DNA of 64,000 bases from Octopus vulgaris (taxonomy: Eukaryota): NCBI GenBank assembly GCA_951406725.2, contig OX597818.1, positions 32,550,001-32,614,000 of the forward strand. Direction: 5' to 3'. Below the pieces are notes generated by a model, which had not been told where the DNA came from, made no database searches, and saw only the letters and a list, made by a program, of their open reading frames with translations. A program made the position numbers and the translations under genes. How positions within the stretch are numbered: the first letter of the stretch is position 1; each line of letters begins with the position of its first letter. Shown in pieces: positions 14,581 to 26,850 of this stretch.

Positions 14581-14815
14581 TACTCTTACACTTTACTCCT
14601 TTACTTGTTTCAGTCATTTGACTGCGGCCATGCTGGAGCACCGCCTTTAGTCGAGCAAATCGACCTCGGGACTTATTCTATGTAAGCCCAGTACTTATTC
14701 TATCGGTCTCTTTGCCGAACCGCTAAGTGACGGGGGCGTAAACACACCAGCCTCAGTTGTCAAGCAATGCTAGGGGGACAAACACAGACACATAAACACA
14801 CACACACACACACAT

Positions 14816-14878
<63 letters not shown>

Positions 14879-15039
14879 ACAGGCTTCTTTCAGTTTCCGT
14901 CTACCAAATCCACTCACAAGGCTTTGGTCGGCCCGGGGCTATAGCAGAAGACACTTGCCCAAGATGTCACGCAGTGGGACTGAACCCGGAACCATGTGGT
15001 TGGTTAGCAAGCTACTTACCACACAGCCACTCCTGCGCC
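14581..15039 (-). mobile_element. SINE family A, full length
   Basis: Near-identical reverse complement of 17870-18285. Confidence 0.9.
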
Positions 15040-15492
15040 TAATCTATCCGAAATATCTTCATATTTCGGATAGATTATTGTAAACGATAACATCGTCCAT
15101 ACTTACTGGTTACGACGGGTCAGTAATTAGGTCATTGCCTTTACGTTAGGAAGAGCTATGAGCATATGTATGCGTAACACAAACGATACAGATACTACGA
15201 TTCATTATTCTTCGGAAGCAACGGATTATTGTTTTTTTTTATTCGTCGATATCAACACCTTCAGCCGATATACATCAACGATTGATATATCTCACACCAA
15301 GCATTAAATAAAAAAATTGACTAATTAATTAATTAATTAATTAATTCATACACACATACATGCACACATACGAGCAACCACAGTTAGTTTCTGTCGACTA
15401 AATCCCCCTCCAAAGTTATACGCACTGAGCACACACACATACACATACATATACAAATATATATGTACACACACACACACACATTATATATA

Positions 15493-15682
15493 GGCGTATG
15501 AGTGGCTGTGTGCTAAGAAGCTTGCTTCCCAAACACATTTTTCTGGGTTCAGTCTCGTTTTGTGAAACCTCAGTGTCTTAAACTGTAGCCTCTTCCTGTT
15601 TCTTGAGTAACGCTGCGATGGACTGGCGTCCCGTCCAGCCGAGGAGAACACATACGCCACAGAAACCCGGAAACCGGGCCCA
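15493..15682 (+). mobile_element. Composite: degenerate SINE-A head joined to SINE-C tail type 2 (V-domain-like)
   Basis: 15493-15592 resembles the family A head. 15590-15682 matches the reverse complement of 61000-61087. Confidence 0.7.
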
Positions 15683-15733
15683 TATATAAATATATATAAT
15701 GTTATGATATACATGAATATATATGTAGATATA

Positions 15734-15812
<79 letters not shown>

Positions 15813-17013
15813 CCATGTTAGTAGAGTACTAATCAGTTATTTGTATCCTGATACCAGTACTCCTTTCCCAAGGGCAATTCACATTCAAATTTCTCAGTAG
15901 TTTTCGCTACTTCCGGATAGAAATAGGTCATACCTCTTGCAGCGCTCTGTCCTCAATCGAAATGCTTTACGGTACTAACGCAATTTCTGTTCAGAGTCAC
16001 TTTTTTAATAGACTGGGAGTCAATGATAAGTCTATACGAAACAAATATATCCCATCCTGCAACTACGCCTATGTTAAAAGTCGCATCTAGAAATATGTGC
16101 AACAAACCAGTTTAAGAAGTTTCCTGGTGAATATAAATGTATGTATGTACGCATGTATGTATATGTGTGTGTATTTCTGAATGTGTGTATGAGAAGCGAG
16201 AAAGAGAGAGAAATAGATCTTTCTAAGCTATCAAAGCGTATAAACTTAGACGAGTTTGATCCATCTCCAGGCTGTCAACGTCTTTCTTTTTTCTTTTTAC
16301 ATGAGCATTGTATGTACGTGTGAGTGTTTATGTATACGCATACATACACACACATATGTATGTCTAATGAAATACTAAAAATAAATTTCAGTCAGAAAAG
16401 AAATAAGGATTAAGGTTGTGTCGGCGCGATAATTGATAACCGGCTAATTAATGATTACCCAGGTGTGACAAAATTTTTTTTGGTTTTCGTTTTTTTCTTG
16501 TTTTTGTTTGCGTCTCAGCTGGATACAGACTAATTACCTACATGTACACACATACATACAGGGGGATGTGAAGATTCACCCTTACTGATAGTAATTATAT
16601 AATATATATACTCTAAACGCAGTTCGTGTTTGTGTGTAGATACACACACACACACATATATATATACATATATAACTGTATAATAATGTATCACAATTAT
16701 ATATATTCTCCGATTTGAAGTGACAATTTTTAAATACAAACAAATGACAAAACAGTGATGAGCTAAACGTAGCCAGAATCGAACCCACAAATCAACGCTT
16801 ACACGGCTCTTTGCGCATCTGATTGGGCCTAACGCTCACCCATTAATTTCAGCCAAATTTAATGAATATATAGTTAAGCTGTCTCATACTACATATAATA
16901 TTTGTGATCAAACCAGAAAAGCTTTGTAAATTACCGAAAGATACAATGGATGACTCATAATATAATGTATGTATGCACATATACACACACACATACACAC
17001 AACACACATTCGT

Positions 17014-17095
<82 letters not shown>

Positions 17096-17304
17096 TACAC
17101 GCATATTCATATCATATATACGTGTATATAAAAAGTGTGTCTTATTCGAAGTTTTACAACCGAAAGTCACTAAAGTAACTGTGGGTACTAGTAAGCAACA
17201 GTATTGCTAGAAATATGAATTAACTCAACTCATAACCACGAGAAGCATTTATCTTAATGTGTGTCTTTGTGTATGTGATCTCTTGAGCACCACCAGCTCA
17301 AATA

Positions 17305-17492
17305 TTTTCTCCCTGTCTTCCCTCCTTGGGATCTTTCCTTCTCCTTGTTTCCGACGAAGAGCTCCGCTCGAAACGTTAAACCCTCCTTCCCTTCTTTCCT
17401 GAGCGTCAATAATACTTTAATTGTTCCACGTCCTGCGTTGCTGTTTTTTTTTCTCTTTTTTTCTCTTTTTTCCTGTGTTTTCTTGTTTGGAT

Positions 17493-17497
<5 letters not shown>
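17305..17497 (+). mobile_element. Penelope-like (pseudo-LTR-type) repeat carrying the HHR, copy 1
   Basis: Homologous to 27690-27902 and to the reverse complement of 57010-57225. Penelope class is inferred from the minimal HHR. Confidence 0.6.
17347..17381 (+). ncRNA. Minimal hammerhead motif, U4C variant
   Basis: GTTT-CCGACGA-A-GAGCTCCGCTC-GAAAC-GTT-AAAC. Confidence 0.55.
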
Positions 17498-17558
<61 letters not shown>

Positions 17559-17869
17559 AACAAGTTGCTTAACCACATACCGAACAATTTAGAAATAGCA
17601 GCCAAAAGACCGTTATTTCTTTTCGATACAAAAATATGACTCCATAGATAAACCCTCTCTGCCAATCATACAGGCAAAAAAGAAGGAAAATAATGAAATC
17701 AAACAGTTTTCGGTTAATTCTGGACGCGTTTTTAGATTAGAATTATAAAACCCATTTCCTTATAAATTACTTATAAATAAAAAAAATGCTAGAAGACTTA
17801 CCCTTTGCAGTTCTGACCAAGCGACATCAGAACATCACACAAAGCAGTTAGCATATTTGAATTTATATA

Positions 17870-18285
17870 GGCGCAGGAGTGGCTGTGTGGTAAGTAGCTT
17901 GCTAACCAGCCACATGGTTCCGGGTTCAGTCCTACTGTGTGGCATCTTGGGCAAGTGTCTTCTGCTATAGCCCCGGGCCGACCAATGCCTTGTGAGTGGA
18001 TTTGGTAGACGGAAACTGAAAGAAGCCTGTCGTATATATGTATATATTTGTATATATATGTATGTGAGTGTGTTTGCTGTGTTTGTCCCCCTAGCATTGC
18101 TTGACAACCGATGCTGGTGTGTTTACGTCCCCGTAACTTAGCGGTTCGGCAAAAGAGACCGATAGAATAAGTACTGGGCTTACAAAGAATAAGTCCCGGG
18201 GTCGATTTGCTCGACTAAAGGCGGTGCTCCAGCATGGCCGCAGTCAAATGACTGAAACAAGTAAAAGAGTAAAAGAGTAAAGAGT
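17870..18285 (+). mobile_element. SINE family A, full length (tRNA-like head, CORE-like cttgggcaagtgtctt, internal microsatellite, (GTAAAAGA)n tail)
   Basis: A-box-like TGGCTGTGTGGT and B-box-like GGTTCAGTCC. About 15 homologous copies in the window. Confidence 0.9.
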
Positions 18286-18489
18286 AAATTAAAAAATGCT
18301 AGAAGACTTACACTTTGGATTTCTGACCAAGCGACATCAGAACATCACACAAAGCAGTTAGCATATCTGAATTTATATAGACGAATGAAATTCATATTTC
18401 CCCCCCAATATTTTACCATGTGCGTCACGAGACAGTACTGCAGAAAATAGATCCGCAGCTTTTTTTTTTGTTATCAGGGAATAAAATAA

Positions 18490-18660
18490 TTATTATAGAT
18501 GTAGGGTAAAAAATTATTAATTTATAATTAATAAATTTCACCAAGTAGTTTCGGTATTGAAAGGAACCATATACGGTAAAAAATTATACAAGAAGTTTTA
18601 TATATAATTATAACAATAATTAAGGGTTTAGCAACAAGTTGCTTAACCACATACCGAAAA
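18490..18660. repeat. Dispersed AT-rich repeat, inverted homologue of 26150-26312
   Basis: tttcaccaagtagtttcggtattgaaaggaaccatatacggtaaaaa...gcaacaagttgcttaaccacataccgaaaa matches the reverse complement of 26150-26312. Confidence 0.6.
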
Positions 18661-19792
18661 ATTTAGAAATAGCAGCCAAAAGACCGTTATTTCTTTTCGC
18701 TACAAAAATGTGACTATAGATAACCCTCTCTGCCACTCACACAGGCAAAAAAGAAGGAAAATAATGAAATCAAACTGTCTTCGGTTAATTATGGACGCGT
18801 TTCTGGATTAGAATTATAAAACTCATTTCCTTATCAACATAATATTCCGATAGTTATAAATTAGAAAATGCTAGAAAAAAAGCTGAATACTCATAGAACG
18901 TTTGGACGGGAGAGTCCAACGATGTATGAAATCCAAAGAAGCGAACTCAGGATTTACCTGTCGAATGAAGTACAGGTATGTTCCTAGTCATTCGATGCGA
19001 TTAGACAGGTGTAGGTTTCATGAGAGTGTTAATAAGTAACCTACCGAATTCCAAATCCCTGTTAAATTACCATCTTATGATTATATTACATAGAGACACT
19101 CTATATGTACTTGACAAACAGAAAATAAAACGAACAGAGAATGGCAACAATAATCAAGTTCTTCAAATACATGAAAATATGTGGCAACACAACAGTTAAC
19201 ACGAGTATATGTTAGTCAAGGGTATCAAGACAACGGACTCTATGAGAAAAATGTTTCTGATGATGTTAACATTTGAAGCTGCAACTGATCAAAGGGATCT
19301 TGGAGAAAGATTAAGAGCTGAAATGTCGTTTCTGTTAACAAGCGGTGACCGAAATGTATCGAGTGAATTATTTTTCCATAAATAACTTTAAAAATGTATC
19401 TGTTTGTGATGAATGATTCTCTTTTGAGCTGAGCCTGTATTTTTTCCGTTGACGCACACACACAAACACACACACACACTGAAAAGCACGCACACGTACT
19501 TATGCATTTGGCGTGTATATTATATACGTATATATATATATATATATATGTGTGTATACATGTATATATATGCATATATGTATATACATATACAGTCAAG
19601 ACTATTGAAATGGTTGCAAGACACAACGAAAGTTTTAGGAAAATGAAAATAAGAAATAAGTGGAAATTTTACCGGAGAGTGTGCTAAATAATAAGGCACA
19701 AAAAGAAAATGACTCTCTCCAGACACAATACAAAATGCTTCAACACACGGACTCACATAAAGAATCTGGCAAATCAAATCCAACAGCGAAAT

Positions 19793-19827
<35 letters not shown>

Positions 19828-20011
19828 CATATATATCTATCTCCCCCTCTCTCTATCTATCTATATATATTCATCGTCATCATTGTTTAACTTCTACTTA
19901 CCTATTCTTGAATGGGACAGAGAGTATTTTTTTGAGATAAATTTGTTTCTGCTTCCTCTTGACAAGCCTCGCATTTTTCAAATCAAAGGAATTAATTCCT
20001 CGTGGCCAATC

Positions 20012-20053
<42 letters not shown>

Positions 20054-20185
20054 CAGCAAAAATCACTTGAAACGAACAAAATCATCAGTGCGTCTAATAC
20101 TCGTTTACAGTCATCATATGATGACAAGACGAGTGCACATAAACACAGGTACACAGAGGCACATACGCACACACAAGCACATTGG

Positions 20186-20261
<76 letters not shown>

Positions 20262-20417
20262 GATTTTAGTGACTATTAGTTTGAAGTCTCTGCGGTGATT
20301 TAATCCGCCTGACAATTCAGTGTTTTAGAGATTTTATACTTATAAGTACATGATTGAACTCTGTACTGAAAACATTGATCCTAATACACGTATTTTTTCT
20401 CTCTCTTCTTTTTTTAG

Positions 20418-20548
20418 GTACTATGTTTTTAGTAATGGTTCTCTCTTTTTCCCGAGTGTCCAAGCCGAAGACAAAGGAATTTACCGTTGTGAAGGAATCA
20501 GCGCTCATCATCCCAAACAAGTCTTTACAGCAGAACTAGAGATGGCAT
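20418..20548 (+). CDS. PTK7: PTK7-like exon, C-terminal half of Ig domain (~Ig3): (R)YYVFSNGSLFFPSVQAEDKGIYRCEGISAHHPKQVFTAELEMA
   Basis: Polypyrimidine tract plus AG at 20416-17 and GTAAGT donor at 20549. Ig D-x-G-x-Y-x-C motif. 131 nt, phase 2 to 1. Confidence 0.92.
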
Positions 20549-21199
20549 GTAAGTAAATATTATATTTTGACGTGGATTTATAATCCAATCATGTCTCTTC
20601 TTTGTATTATAAGATTAGTCTTAACGATGTGTTAGAGACTTTTTCGTCTGGGTATTTCGATTTTCATCCCACTGCGTAGCGCTTTGCACAACTTTCTACC
20701 TTAGTCACCTTTATCAAATGACTTTACGAAGACAGTGCTGAAGCCTATCTTACTCTCCTCTTTTAATCTTATGAAATATCCCACCGTTTCCCTATCCTCA
20801 ATCTACTCTCCTTATTCTCTCTTATACTTAACCTCCTTGTACCTTGAAAGTTCGCTCTAGAACCTCAAGTAGCCATGTGTCTCCTATAACAAGATGATTC
20901 AGCTAATTTCTCGGTTATACATTACCATCTCAATACTTGGATTAAATCCAACTTCCCTCTCTTTCAAATAGACTGGCATTCAATTGTATTGCAAATCACT
21001 TGGTAATCTTACTATCCTGAAAATCACAGCCAATGCGCTCTGTAATGTGTTCGGCATAAGGAAGGGCATCCAGATAAAAGAAATCATGCTGAAGCTGATA
21101 TTTAAGCTCAACGCAATCGTGTGCATGTCTGTAAGCGTGTTGCGAAGATGTTTAATGACGAAATACGTAATCATTGACGAAAATAATAAACTAACGGTA

Positions 21200-21362
21200 C
21201 CGGTGTGGTTGTTTGGTAAGAAGCTTGCTTCGCAACCACGTGATTCCAGGTTCAGTTCCACTGCGTGGCACCTTGGGCAAGTTTCTTCTACTATAGCATC
21301 GGACCGATTAAAGCCATCCTTGTGAGTGGATTTACTAGACGGAAACTAAAAGAAGCCCGTCG

Positions 21363-21395
<33 letters not shown>

Positions 21396-21660
21396 ACGTG
21401 TGTGTGTGTGTGTGTGTACGCGTGTCTGTGTATGTGTGTGTGTGTTTATGTCTGCGTTTGTCTCCCACCATCACTTGACAACCAGTGTTGATGTGTGTAA
21501 CTCTCTGTTACTTAGCAATTTGGCAAAAGTCACCGATAGAATAAGTACTAAGTTTAAAATAAAATATGTCCTCGGGTCAATTTATTCGACTAAAACGCTT
21601 CAAGGCGGTGTTCCAGCATGGTCGTAGGGAAATGACTGAAACAAGCAGTAGAAAAGATAA
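21200..21660 (+). mobile_element. SINE family A (older)
   Basis: Homology to 17870-18285. Confidence 0.85.
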
Positions 21661-21832
21661 CATGCCCAAGGAAAATGCCGAAAAATACCTTATAGTATTT
21701 ATTTTGTTGGGATTTTCTCATGCAGACTGGTTAGTCTCGCCCTCATAAATGAAGCGAAACAGTCATTGGTTTTGGGGTAATCTATGACCCGTGATACTAT
21801 TTTGCTCAGTATGTAGAAAAAAAGAGAACATA

Positions 21833-22262
21833 GGCGCAGGAGTGGCTGTGTGGTAAGTAGCTTGTGTACCAACCACATGGTTCCGAGTTCAATCCCACTG
21901 CGCGGCACCTTGGGCAAGTGTCTTCTACTATAACCTCGAGCCGACCAAAACCTTGTGAGTGGATTTGGTTGACGGAAACTGAAAGAAGCCCGTCGTGTAT
22001 ATATATATATTTATATATATATATATATATATATAAATATATGCGTGTTTGTGTGTGTGTGTGTGTTTGTCCACCTGCCATTGCTTGACAACCGATGCTC
22101 GTGTGTTTATGTCCCCGTTACTTAGCGGTTCGGCAAAAGAGACCGATAGAATAAGTACTGGGCTTTCAAAAGAATAAGTCCCGGGGTCGAGTTGCTGGAT
22201 TAAAGGCGATGCTCCAGCATGGCCGCAGTCAAATGACTGAAACAAGTAAAAGAGTAAAAGAA
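21833..22262 (+). mobile_element. SINE family A, full length
   Basis: Homology to 17870-18285. Confidence 0.9.
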
Positions 22263-22458
22263 TATCATGTATGGATAATGAAATCGCCTCACAGACTCGA
22301 AGAAAATTCAATAAATAATGTTAGCTGTAGTGGTTTTATGTTGCAAACACTCTATTTTAATCCACGCATTAAATCCACTTGCACACGCACACGTCTATGC
22401 GTAGGTAAAATATCGATTTTAATTGAGTTAAAAGCGATGGAGCAATATATATTTATTA

Positions 22459-22840
22459 TCTCTCTCTATATAAACGGCAGTTTGTCTGTGTGTGTTTATC
22501 TGTGTGTGTTTGCTTGTACCCTCACCCTAACCACGGCTTTCAACCGATTCTGATGAAACTTGACACACACATAGCCCAATGTCATAATTCAAAACTAACG
22601 CAGCGAAAATTTTGAAAAGTTCCCCCAGTTCTGAAAAAATCGATAAATTCGACATGGGGTCGAGAATCAGAAACACAAACCACAGACTGTCTAGGGACGC
22701 AACTCAACCTTTTTTAACTCTCAAAAAAAAAAATTTACCATTTTTTCCCATTTTTTTGCTATTTTTTGGCTATAACTCTCTAAAAATGCTTTATAGTTAT
22801 TTCCCTTACAAACCTGAGCAACGCCGGGCGATACTGCTAG
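22459..22840 (+). mobile_element. Non-autonomous Helitron, complete
   Basis: A|TC start, subterminal hairpin CCTGAGCAACGCCGGG, CTAG|T end, no TSD. Confidence 0.85.
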
Positions 22841-23095
22841 TGCTTTATAAAAGAGGTGAGTGAAAAAATTTTGAAGCTGCAGTGTTTCAGCTGGTAGATA
22901 ATTCTGTTTACTAAATTTGAACATTTACAATATTCCCTAGATTCCTTGCTTAGACGGACTGGAACTTATTGATTAGAGTGCAGTAAGTTATCACTAATCT
23001 ATCGATATGTTTGTCTGCAAGCAGGTATATGGTAGTGTGTGTGTGTATGTGTGTGTGCAGAGAGAAAGAGATAGTGGCTGAGTGAGTGAGTGAAT

Positions 23096-23130
<35 letters not shown>

Positions 23131-23323
23131 GGAGGTGGGAATACTTTTATACAGTCTGTCGTTCATTATTCAAAAATATTAACTCATAATTTTGGCAGTA
23201 GGCCACTAATCAAAAATATCAAAACCTACTCTTTGTAAACGTCTGTGAGCGTATATATATATATATTTATATATGTATGTGTATGTCTGTGTGTGTGTGT
23301 CTGTGTGAGTGTAGTTACGCACG

Positions 23324-23364
<41 letters not shown>

Positions 23365-23365
<1 letters not shown>

Positions 23366-23400
23366 CTGGCAGAGATACCCGGCGTTGATCGGGATTAAAA
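23365..23400 (-). mobile_element. Helitron 3' terminus (minus strand), next to a SINE-C insertion
   Basis: actggcagagatacccggcgttgatcggg resembles the reverse complement of the cccgagcaacgccggg...gctagt end. Confidence 0.5.
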
Positions 23401-23421
23401 TGGTATAGTTTGTGTATATAT

Positions 23422-23783
23422 GTGGTTAGGGCTGCGGCCTCGTGGTTGTAAGATCACGGTTTCGATTCCCAGAACGGGCGTTGTGAGAGTTTATTGAGTG
23501 AAAATACTTAAAGCTCCACGAGTCTCTGGCAGGGGCTGGTGGTGAACCCTGCTGTACTCTTTCACCGCAACTTTCTTTCACTCTTTCTTCCTGTTTCTCT
23601 TCTACCTGTAATTCAAAGGGCCAGTCTTGTCACAATGTGTCACGCTGAATCTTCCCGAGAACTACGTTAAAGGTATGCGTGTCTGTGGAGTGCTCAGCCA
23701 CTTGCACGTTAATTTCACGAGCAGGCTGTTCCGTTCGTCGGACCAACTGGAACCCTCATCGTCGTAACTGACGGAGTGCCATC
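23422..23783 (+). mobile_element. SINE family C, tail type 1
   Basis: Colinear with 63349-63730. Flanked by gtatatat on both sides. Confidence 0.85.
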
Positions 23784-24324
23784 GTATATATCAGGTGAAA
23801 CGGGAACGTGCATCATTGACGACAAAACATTTGTGGAATAAATGATTGTCTGATTCGACTAAGCGATATGCAATACGTCCGTTTAGAGGATTCCTAGCAT
23901 GTCATGGAAAATTGGGAGTGAGGTGGTACATAACTTTTGAACACGCCGAAAAGCTGTTGTGGATATACTCGCCTTTGATGCGATCAGCGCTGCGTCTAAC
24001 ACGACCCATTGTGTAGTTGACAATCAAATGAAAGGAGGTGTATTGTAGATATTGTACGTGTAATGAGTACATTCCGGAAACAGGCCGGAATGGGAGACGA
24101 CAATGGGAAAGTGAACAGTTGAAATGTTGCAGAACGCGAAGGGTTGACATTAGATTGCTGGTGTGGCTATAGAATAAGAAATATAAAGCGAGCCTATGCA
24201 GTCACATGAGAACATGTAGTAATGAATTACTTGAAAAATAAGGCATAATGGTTTGCGGCATGGTTGGTGGGAGTAACTGAAGAATATGATTTGATACTGA
24301 AGTCCATGCATGAACTGCTGTGTT

Positions 24325-24366
<42 letters not shown>

Positions 24367-24385
24367 TGTGTAGATGTGTGTGTAC

Positions 24386-25129
24386 GTTTGATAACGTACC
24401 TAACGCGGAAGATATACACTCCATGAGACATATACACTCTCATAAACTTACACACATACAATCACAAACATACACAGTCATATGCAAAACGTGATGTCGT
24501 TGTCGTTGTGGTATAAAATGTCCTGTTGACAATAGAAAGATTATCTCTATGAAATGTTATATTGTTTTAATCGAAAGGAAGATAAAATTTTGTATTGACA
24601 TTGGCCAGTCCTCATATACATATAGTAACATAGACACACACAAGCATGCATTCACGAATGTCAGTCATCGCATATGAATATGTATATGTAGATGTGATTG
24701 TATGAGCTTAATAACGCAGCGTTTGTGTACATATGTGTGTATGTTTAATAACGTACCTAATGCGGAAAGACACACACTGTAAGACATGCACACTCATACA
24801 TTTACATACACTCAAAGTCAGATACACAGTCATATATAAAATGCGGTGTTGTTGTCGTTGTGGTATAAAATGTCCTGCTGACAACAGAAAGATTATATCT
24901 ATGGAATGTTATACTGTTTTAAGAGAAATGAAAAAAAATCGAAATAAAAATAAAATTTCGTATTGACACTGACCAACCCTCACATACATATAATACGTTT
25001 AATAACGCACCCAACGCAGAAAGACACACACACTGTGAGACATATGCACACTCATGCACTCACACACACACATTCACAGATAGATGCACAGTCATATGCA
25101 AAATGTAACGTCGTCGTGGTCGTCGTGGT
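24386..25129. repeat. Diverged local tandem repeat, ~2.5 copies of a ~250-bp unit
   Basis: Units start with ttt(g/a)ataacg(t/c)acc at ~24387, ~24743 and ~24998. Confidence 0.85.
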
Positions 25130-25786
25130 TAGAATTTAAAGTAAAAGTATAAAAGTGAAACTATATCACATTACAATATAGATCTTATTCTTTCACTTTT
25201 ATCCTTTGAATTTTGACACGTAATACTGAACCAGTGCCAATGTTGCATTGTTTTAATCCAAATGACAAAAACAAATTGGATGTTGATACTCACGGTGTCT
25301 GATAGTTTTACCTACCATGTAAACTTTGATTTTGATTTGGTCGAGACACTCTCTCTCGCAATTTCTCTTATGTATGTCTCTCACACTCTATGCGTGTGTG
25401 CGTGCGCGCGCGTGAATATGTGTGTGAGTGTGTGCGTGCGCGCGTGTGAATATATGTGTGTGTGTGCGTGTCAGTGTGTTTGTATGCATGGGTGTAAGGA
25501 ATTTAATTAGGGCGACAGAATCGAAAGACCCTCGCGGAGTTTCAGCAGCAAGCTCGCTCCTGTTGAATGCGTTGCGCCAGGTTACTATACAGAATACACT
25601 TTTCTCTCATCATTTTATAAATCCCATCGACTCTGAAATAAAGGGTTAGGAGGGATTCACTTCGTTCTCTGAGTAAGACATTTGGGAAAAAAGTAAAAAA
25701 CAAACAAACAATGCTCGATGTTTTTTTTTAATTTTCATTCCAACGTAAAACGAAGGGAATAATCAATTAAAATTCTTCATTTACAG

Positions 25787-25916
25787 ATCTTGGAGATTTT
25801 ACACCAGACCTTTTTGAGCCACGCCTCATAACAGATTTTCCAATGGTTATCCCAGTTCATTCTAAATTCGAGGTGAAGGTTTTCCCAGCTACTGGAAAAC
25901 CGAAACCATCTTACAG
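25787..25916 (+). CDS. PTK7: PTK7-like exon, N-terminal half of ~Ig4: (Y)LGDFTPDLFEPRLITDFPMVIPVHSKFEVKVFPATGKPKPSY(R)
   Basis: ttacag acceptor and AG/gtaa donor. 130 nt, phase 1 to 2, in frame with both neighbours. LFEPR and G.P.P motifs. Not in the ORF track. Confidence 0.88.
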
Positions 25917-26099
25917 GTAAATACATTTTCCTAAACGATCGTTCCTTTTACGCTTACTGTGTTTATTTATTTAAAATAATAATATTACCATTATTCGAGC
26001 TCAGACTTAATCATATAGTCTCGAGTTGGCTAGTGCTGTTTGAAATTTAGTAAACAGACACGGTGCGGAAGCGAGGTGGATATACATGTGTGTGTGTGC

Positions 26100-26147
<48 letters not shown>

Positions 26148-26149
26148 GG

Positions 26150-26311
26150 GTTTTTTTTTTCGGTAAGTGGTTTAAGCAGCTTGTTGCGAAAAACCCTTAT
26201 TATTATAATTATATAAATTTTTACCGAATATGGTCCTTTTCCATACCGAAATACTACTAGGTGAAATTTGTTGATTTTATTAAATTAATTATATTTCACC
26301 CTTTATCTGTA

Positions 26312-26312
<1 letters not shown>
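26150..26312. repeat. Dispersed AT-rich repeat, inverted homologue of 18490-18660
   Basis: Reverse-complement homology to 18490-18660. Confidence 0.6.
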
Positions 26313-26366
<54 letters not shown>

Positions 26367-26427
26367 GTGTACAAGAAAAAGAGAGAGAGAGAGCGAGAGA
26401 GATATCTGTGCATAGGCTTAAGTAAAT

Positions 26428-26850
26428 CTGTGAAATAAGATGTTAGCTTCCCAACCATATGGTTCAGGGTTCTGTCTCACTGCGTGACACACTGGGCAAG
26501 TGTCTTCTGCAGTAGCCACGGGCCGAGTAAAGCCTTGTGTGTGGATTTGGTCGACGGAGTCTGAAAGAAACCCGTCGTATATATGCGTGTGCGTGCGTGT
26601 GTATGTGTGTGTGTGCGTGCGTGTATGTTTGCATGTGTGTCTTTGTCCAGGTGGTCGTTCTCTACCACCGCTTGACCGGTGTCGGTACATTTACGCCCCC
26701 ATATCCTTGCGGTTCGGTAAAAAAAAAACCGATAGAATAATTTACCAGGTTTAAAAAAAAAATTGTACAAGAGTCGGTTAATACGACTAAAACATGAAGA
26801 CGGTGCCCCAGCATGGCCGCAGTCTAATGACTGAAACAGACAAAAGATTT
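26428..26850 (+). mobile_element. SINE family A (diverged)
   Basis: Homology to 17870-18285. Confidence 0.8.

Larger units (their letters stand above)
17558..18878. repeat. Local duplications: 17558-17795 vs 18632-18876, and 17781-17870 vs 18291-18380
   Basis: Direct sequence comparison. Confidence 0.85.

Noticed and set aside
18897-18975. Possible 79-nt phase 1-to-2 exon (catag...AG/gtatg) that would fit upstream of exon 20418
   Set aside because: It has no polypyrimidine tract, is too short, and lacks the Ig C...W pattern. The preceding real exon was not found and is probably upstream of the window.
23790-24330. Helitron Rep/helicase coding remnant on the minus strand (IAYRLVESDNHL)
   Set aside because: The resemblance is too weak and broken by stops to call without a search.
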